DNA of 64,000 bases from Candidatus Kapaibacterium sp. (GTDB lineage Bacteria > Bacteroidota > Ignavibacteria > Kapaibacteriales > UBA2268), in NCBI GenBank assembly GCA_963664875.1, contig OY761611.1:512001-576000 (forward strand), in the 5' to 3' direction. Positions 61,601-64,000 of the stretch are shown in pieces. The notes under the pieces are model-generated. The model made no database searches and was not told where the DNA came from. It worked only from the letters and a program-made list of their open reading frames with translations. A program made the position numbers and the translations under genes. How positions within the stretch are numbered: position 1 is the first letter of the stretch; each line of letters begins with the position of its first letter.

Positions 61601-62103
61601 TTAAGATCGGAAATAGCTATTGCAGGATTTTTTGTATTTATATTAAAAGAACTACATTCTATATAGTTTTCTGTTAATATTGTAGCATTATCTCCGTTGA
61701 GCCTGATGTAACGAGGACTTAGCGTGCCATAATTTTTTAAATTGCCATTGATGTCTATATCAAAATAGTCATCATAATCAACAATTTCTCCATAATTAGT
61801 TAAATTACCTGCAATATTCAAAGAAGATAGTCCAGAAGAGTTTTCCAATCTGATAACTTTGCCGTTTGGTTCAATATTCAAATTATTCATTCTGTAAGTT
61901 TTAGTTGAATAGCTTTGACCCGGACAATAAATCGTAGAATTGATTAAAACGTCGTCTGCTTCAGTAGGTACAATATTTCCAACCCAAGAAGCGGGATTAT
62001 CCCAATTACCTCCAACAGGTGAACTGGTAATAGTCTTTGACACAACAAACATGGTATTTGTAATGATTATTACAAATATCAAGGGTAGCAATCTGATTCG
62101 CAT
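58687..62103 (-). CDS. Large multidomain T9SS-secreted protein
   Basis: Signal peptide; GNW.NP.SW.G..P...DDV.I head; beta-helix-like region; ISRWWRI module; SRDPN..GP, YRIQFEN, NSASIIFD.NEPI.TN Ig module; CTD SPNP..NLLGEVV..GVYIL..KFVK. Confidence 0.85.
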   Translation of the reverse strand: MRIRLLPLIFVIIITNTMFVVSKTITSSPVGGNWDNPASWVGNIVPTEADDVLINSTIYCPGQSYSTKTYRMNNLNIEPNGKVIRLENSSGLSSLNIAGNLTNYGEIVDYDDYFDIDINGNLKNYGTLSPRYIRLNGDNATILTENYIECSSFNINTKNPAIAISDLKFKNTIVTSSSNPQQMLNLDGYDVFLTGDEPTYDGYYNTFNTNSDFRVRIQTNSSVFNIDKSILYGTIDGNITIKSPTFAIIKHMEIVGDFTVDDNVVVSSGKHLTPINVTGKFYNYGLLSHDTLLVDGNLVAPISFKISVIGDCYNYGSTGISNLYLYTKNENRLFGGDFQSNVYIYNEDYKAPGGSYSIFGNTHIAGKLELYADLQVPINTTLYLDNQSGSSLYISNNGAKFNIDGDFYRVHYVNNSWSYNTFDSPNESFLYYQLRNWDGIYKGTEITTYQQKYPNIEGTISRWWRIEPIGELQNYSYIMTLHYEDKDLDGLNEDDLNVFHSTDQGTSWELISFGEFVEHNKEENYFQIGVSNKVESHLTAFGDFVIGSVEAGVPIESPIYMNYTGRNDVRIAAPTRFTINLFNVSKTETQPFILCFDNTDQIHFTGVELPTNGDLELIPIDSIGNREDALVFLVPYLGPLEEYSFDVIVEGLPNIGSVSNHTLSGVQRLTLAGFGKKLGKEKAEDYIAKELSDFAELSDEEYKEYARAMNLTVSQLKTKKKKEGKGVFVLKTAVKYVAEKISNTNPVSKVLFKIGSAAEFVHKISDSYRRRIFHWINKDLGLYGIDKKTEPITVQTKEKEIVTSRDPNAIVGPNGHGQRNFVKELSVVNYRIQFENVKDAGAAAYRIEILDTLDAEIFDLSTVKFGRKSHEGSQYDWQIDRNGNVLRWYIEGIELEPNITPPQGEGWVDFSVALKESVYSGIEIKNSASIIFDINEPIQTNTWINIIDNVSPVATINPIGYTHGENELKILLAGQDNKSGSGIGKYYLFGSINNAPYQLFGESYKENIDFPIDKERDSIFKFYTIASDNVDNLQTGISNIEEIKISSTSVFEKYNSDIVLSVSPNPVVNNLHIQITNASNQRTFVRISNLLGEVVYSNDHIFDSVSENLDIPFANYPKGVYILDIINGSSNKSTKFVK

Positions 62104-62171
62104 GGACGCACCTAAAAAAGTAGTTGTTAATTATACTTTTGAATATATGTAATTACTCTTTCAGATACAAT

Positions 62172-62206
62172 AAAATAAAGCCTATATAAACATAATTATA
62201 TAGGCT
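62172..62206 (-). terminator. Intrinsic terminator after nuoI
   Basis: 11-bp stem AGCCTATATAA/TTATATAGGCT with a T-rich tail on minus. Confidence 0.75.
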
Positions 62207-62233
62207 AACAAATTTTTTTAGAAAAGAAGATAT

Positions 62234-62731
62234 CTATTTATAATATCTCAGGTACTCTAATCTATCCTGTAACTTATGCACAGGTACTAAAAGTTTTTCT
62301 TTGCCGAGTATAGCAGAATCAAGACTTGTAAACACTATATCATAATCTTTAGACATCACTATTGCCTCTTCCGGACATACTTCTTCGCAATATCCACAGA
62401 AGATACATCTCAACATATTTATTTCAAATTTCTCCGGGAAACGTTCTTTGTCTCTTTCAGTTTCAGCAGCTTGCACTTCTATTGCAAGTGCAGGACATAC
62501 TCTTGAGCATAGCCCACAGGCAACACATCTTTCACCTTCGTCTTCCTGAACTAAAACAGGTCTTCCACGATACGAACCTGAGGGTTCCCATCTTTCTTCA
62601 GGATACTGTCTTGTCATTTTAGGTTTTAAGGCTCTTTTAAATGTCATTCCGAGACCTTTTACTATCTCAGTGAGATATGTTCGTTCCCAAAAGGTCATTC
62701 TTTCTGCTTCTGTATTTTTAGTATTATTCAT
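62234..62731 (-). CDS. nuoI: NADH-quinone oxidoreductase subunit I
   Basis: [29 protein letters not shown]. Confidence 0.97.
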   Translation of the reverse strand: MNNTKNTEAERMTFWERTYLTEIVKGLGMTFKRALKPKMTRQYPEERWEPSGSYRGRPVLVQEDEGERCVACGLCSRVCPALAIEVQAAETERDKERFPEKFEINMLRCIFCGYCEEVCPEEAIVMSKDYDIVFTSLDSAILGKEKLLVPVHKLQDRLEYLRYYK

Positions 62732-62749
62732 ATCAATTTTCTCTAATCA

Positions 62750-63817
62750 TTATGCTGCAAAATACATATTATAAAGTACGACACCAAGTGCTGTTAGAAG
62801 CACATTTAGTAAAGACAAAGGCAAGAGTACTTTCCAACCTAGAGTCATAAGCTGATCGTATCTAAACCTTGGAATAGACCATCGCACCCAAATAAAGAAT
62901 ACAATCCAAAACATCACTTTAGCAATAAATACTCCCATTTGAACCAGTGCCAATAAAATTGAACCCTGCTCTAAGCCGAAAGTTTCAGGTGCAAAAGGCA
63001 ACTGCCATCCACCGAAATAAAGTAAAGTAATAAAAGCAGCCGACATAGCCATATTAGCATATTCGGCAAGGAAGAACATACCAAATTTCATACCTGAATA
63101 TTCGGTATTGAAACCACCAACCAATTCAGGTTCAGCCTCTGGTAAATCAAATGGAGCTCTGTTTGTCTCAGCAAATGCTGAAACTAAGAATATAATAAAA
63201 CCAAGTGGTTGAAGAAATACATTCCATCGCCAGCCACCCCATGCTCCCTGGTCTTCGACTATTCCATTCAATGATAAAGTACCTGAAATAAGGACAACTG
63301 CTACAACACTCATGCCCATTGAAAGTTCATAAGATATCATTTGGGCTGATGAGCGTAAACCACCAAGCAAAGAATATTTGTTATTAGAGGACCAGCCTGC
63401 TAATGTTATGCCATATACAGCAACAGAAGTCATTGCTAAAATAAACAATACGCCAATATTTGCATCAGGTGCTATACCAAAATGATATGTTTTGCCGGCT
63501 ATCACAACATCTCCGGCAAATGGAACAACAGCCCATACAGCCAAAGCTATACCCAGTGACAAAAAAGGAGCCAACCTATGGAAAAATCCATCTACTGCAG
63601 TAGGCACTAAGTCTTCTTTCCAAAATAGCTTTACAACATCAGCTATAGGCTGAAGCATACCCCATGGTCCGACTCTATTTGGACCTATACGATCTTGCAC
63701 AACTGCTGATATTTTCCTCTCCAAGTACACAGAAACGGCTGCTGATGTTTGGACTAATCCAACTATTACAGCTCCCTTTATCAGTACTTCTAAAATCAAG
63801 ATTATAGTTTCAGTCAT
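62750..63817 (-). CDS. nuoH: NADH-quinone oxidoreductase subunit H
   Basis: ERK.SA..QDRIGPNRVGP, GGLRSSAQMISYE, ETNRAPFDLPEAE, PRFRYDQL. Confidence 0.97.
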   Translation of the reverse strand: MTETIILILEVLIKGAVIVGLVQTSAAVSVYLERKISAVVQDRIGPNRVGPWGMLQPIADVVKLFWKEDLVPTAVDGFFHRLAPFLSLGIALAVWAVVPFAGDVVIAGKTYHFGIAPDANIGVLFILAMTSVAVYGITLAGWSSNNKYSLLGGLRSSAQMISYELSMGMSVVAVVLISGTLSLNGIVEDQGAWGGWRWNVFLQPLGFIIFLVSAFAETNRAPFDLPEAEPELVGGFNTEYSGMKFGMFFLAEYANMAMSAAFITLLYFGGWQLPFAPETFGLEQGSILLALVQMGVFIAKVMFWIVFFIWVRWSIPRFRYDQLMTLGWKVLLPLSLLNVLLTALGVVLYNMYFAA

Positions 63818-63842
63818 AACATATTACTTTATTTTTTACAAT

Positions 63843-64000
63843 CTAATTTGGTTTCATAACATGTGAGTGGTAATTATGTACCACTTTATCAGGTCTATCA
63901 GCATTGCCAAGGACAAGTCCCTGATGCAAATCTAATTTTTCATAGCTCATATTTTTAAAAGGAGTAACAGAATTTGCTATTTCTTCAAATACATCTTCAG
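63843..64000 (-). CDS. nuoG: 3' end of probable NADH-quinone oxidoreductase subunit G (partial)
   Basis: Open frame ...EDVFEEIANSVTPFKNMSYEKLDLHQGL...KPN* ending 25 nt before nuoH; resembles a NuoG C-terminus and fits the position. Confidence 0.65.
   Translation of the reverse strand, partial: EDVFEEIANSVTPFKNMSYEKLDLHQGLVLGNADRPDKVVHNYHSHVMKPN

Noticed and set aside
3265-62233. Idea that the 59 kb between nuoI and nuoJ is an inserted genomic island
   Set aside because: It contains core genes (glnS, sucC, aro genes, fumC, scpAB); no integrase, transposase or boundary repeat was seen.
52-62622. Many 60-190 aa ORFs antisense to or nested in long genes (e.g. 52-255, 5011-5364, 12088-12669, 32735-33202, 56683-57042)
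   Set aside because: They overlap well-supported genes and have S/I/F/L-rich shadow-frame composition with no recognisable motifs.
1-64000. CRISPR arrays, rRNA, reverse transcriptase/DGR, prophage, alternative genetic code
   Set aside because: No repeat-spacer periodicity or relevant protein motifs seen by eye; genes translate full length in the standard bacterial code.

Overview
AT-rich, gene-dense bacterial chromosome segment. It is most consistent with the Bacteroidota/Chlorobi superphylum (Ignavibacteria/Kapabacteria-like), inferred from T9SS cargo proteins, a PorV-family barrel, TAnnTTTG-type promoters and flagellar regulators occurring together. Housekeeping genes include purH (partial), folC, nuoJK, rel, scpAB, sucC, glnS, tRNA-Ser(GGA), aroC, aroA, an aroE-aroK fusion, hppA, fumC and nuoG(partial)-H-I. 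I saw no mobile element, prophage or CRISPR array. Two loci stand out. (1) At 47.9-57.0 kb is an apparent operon: flhF, flhG, a membrane protein, fliA, an HDOD protein, a His-less pseudo-kinase, an AMIN-like/TM protein, a cargo-less T9SS-CTD protein and a PorV-like barrel. It has a sigma54-like promoter, no structural flagellar genes in view, and matched loss of catalytic motifs in FlhF and FlhG. (2) At 29.5-39.6 kb is a six-gene signalling cassette with four kinases (three with a His-less HPt-like tail) around an outer-membrane barrel and a small periplasmic binding protein. All product calls come from motif recognition by eye; no database searches were run.
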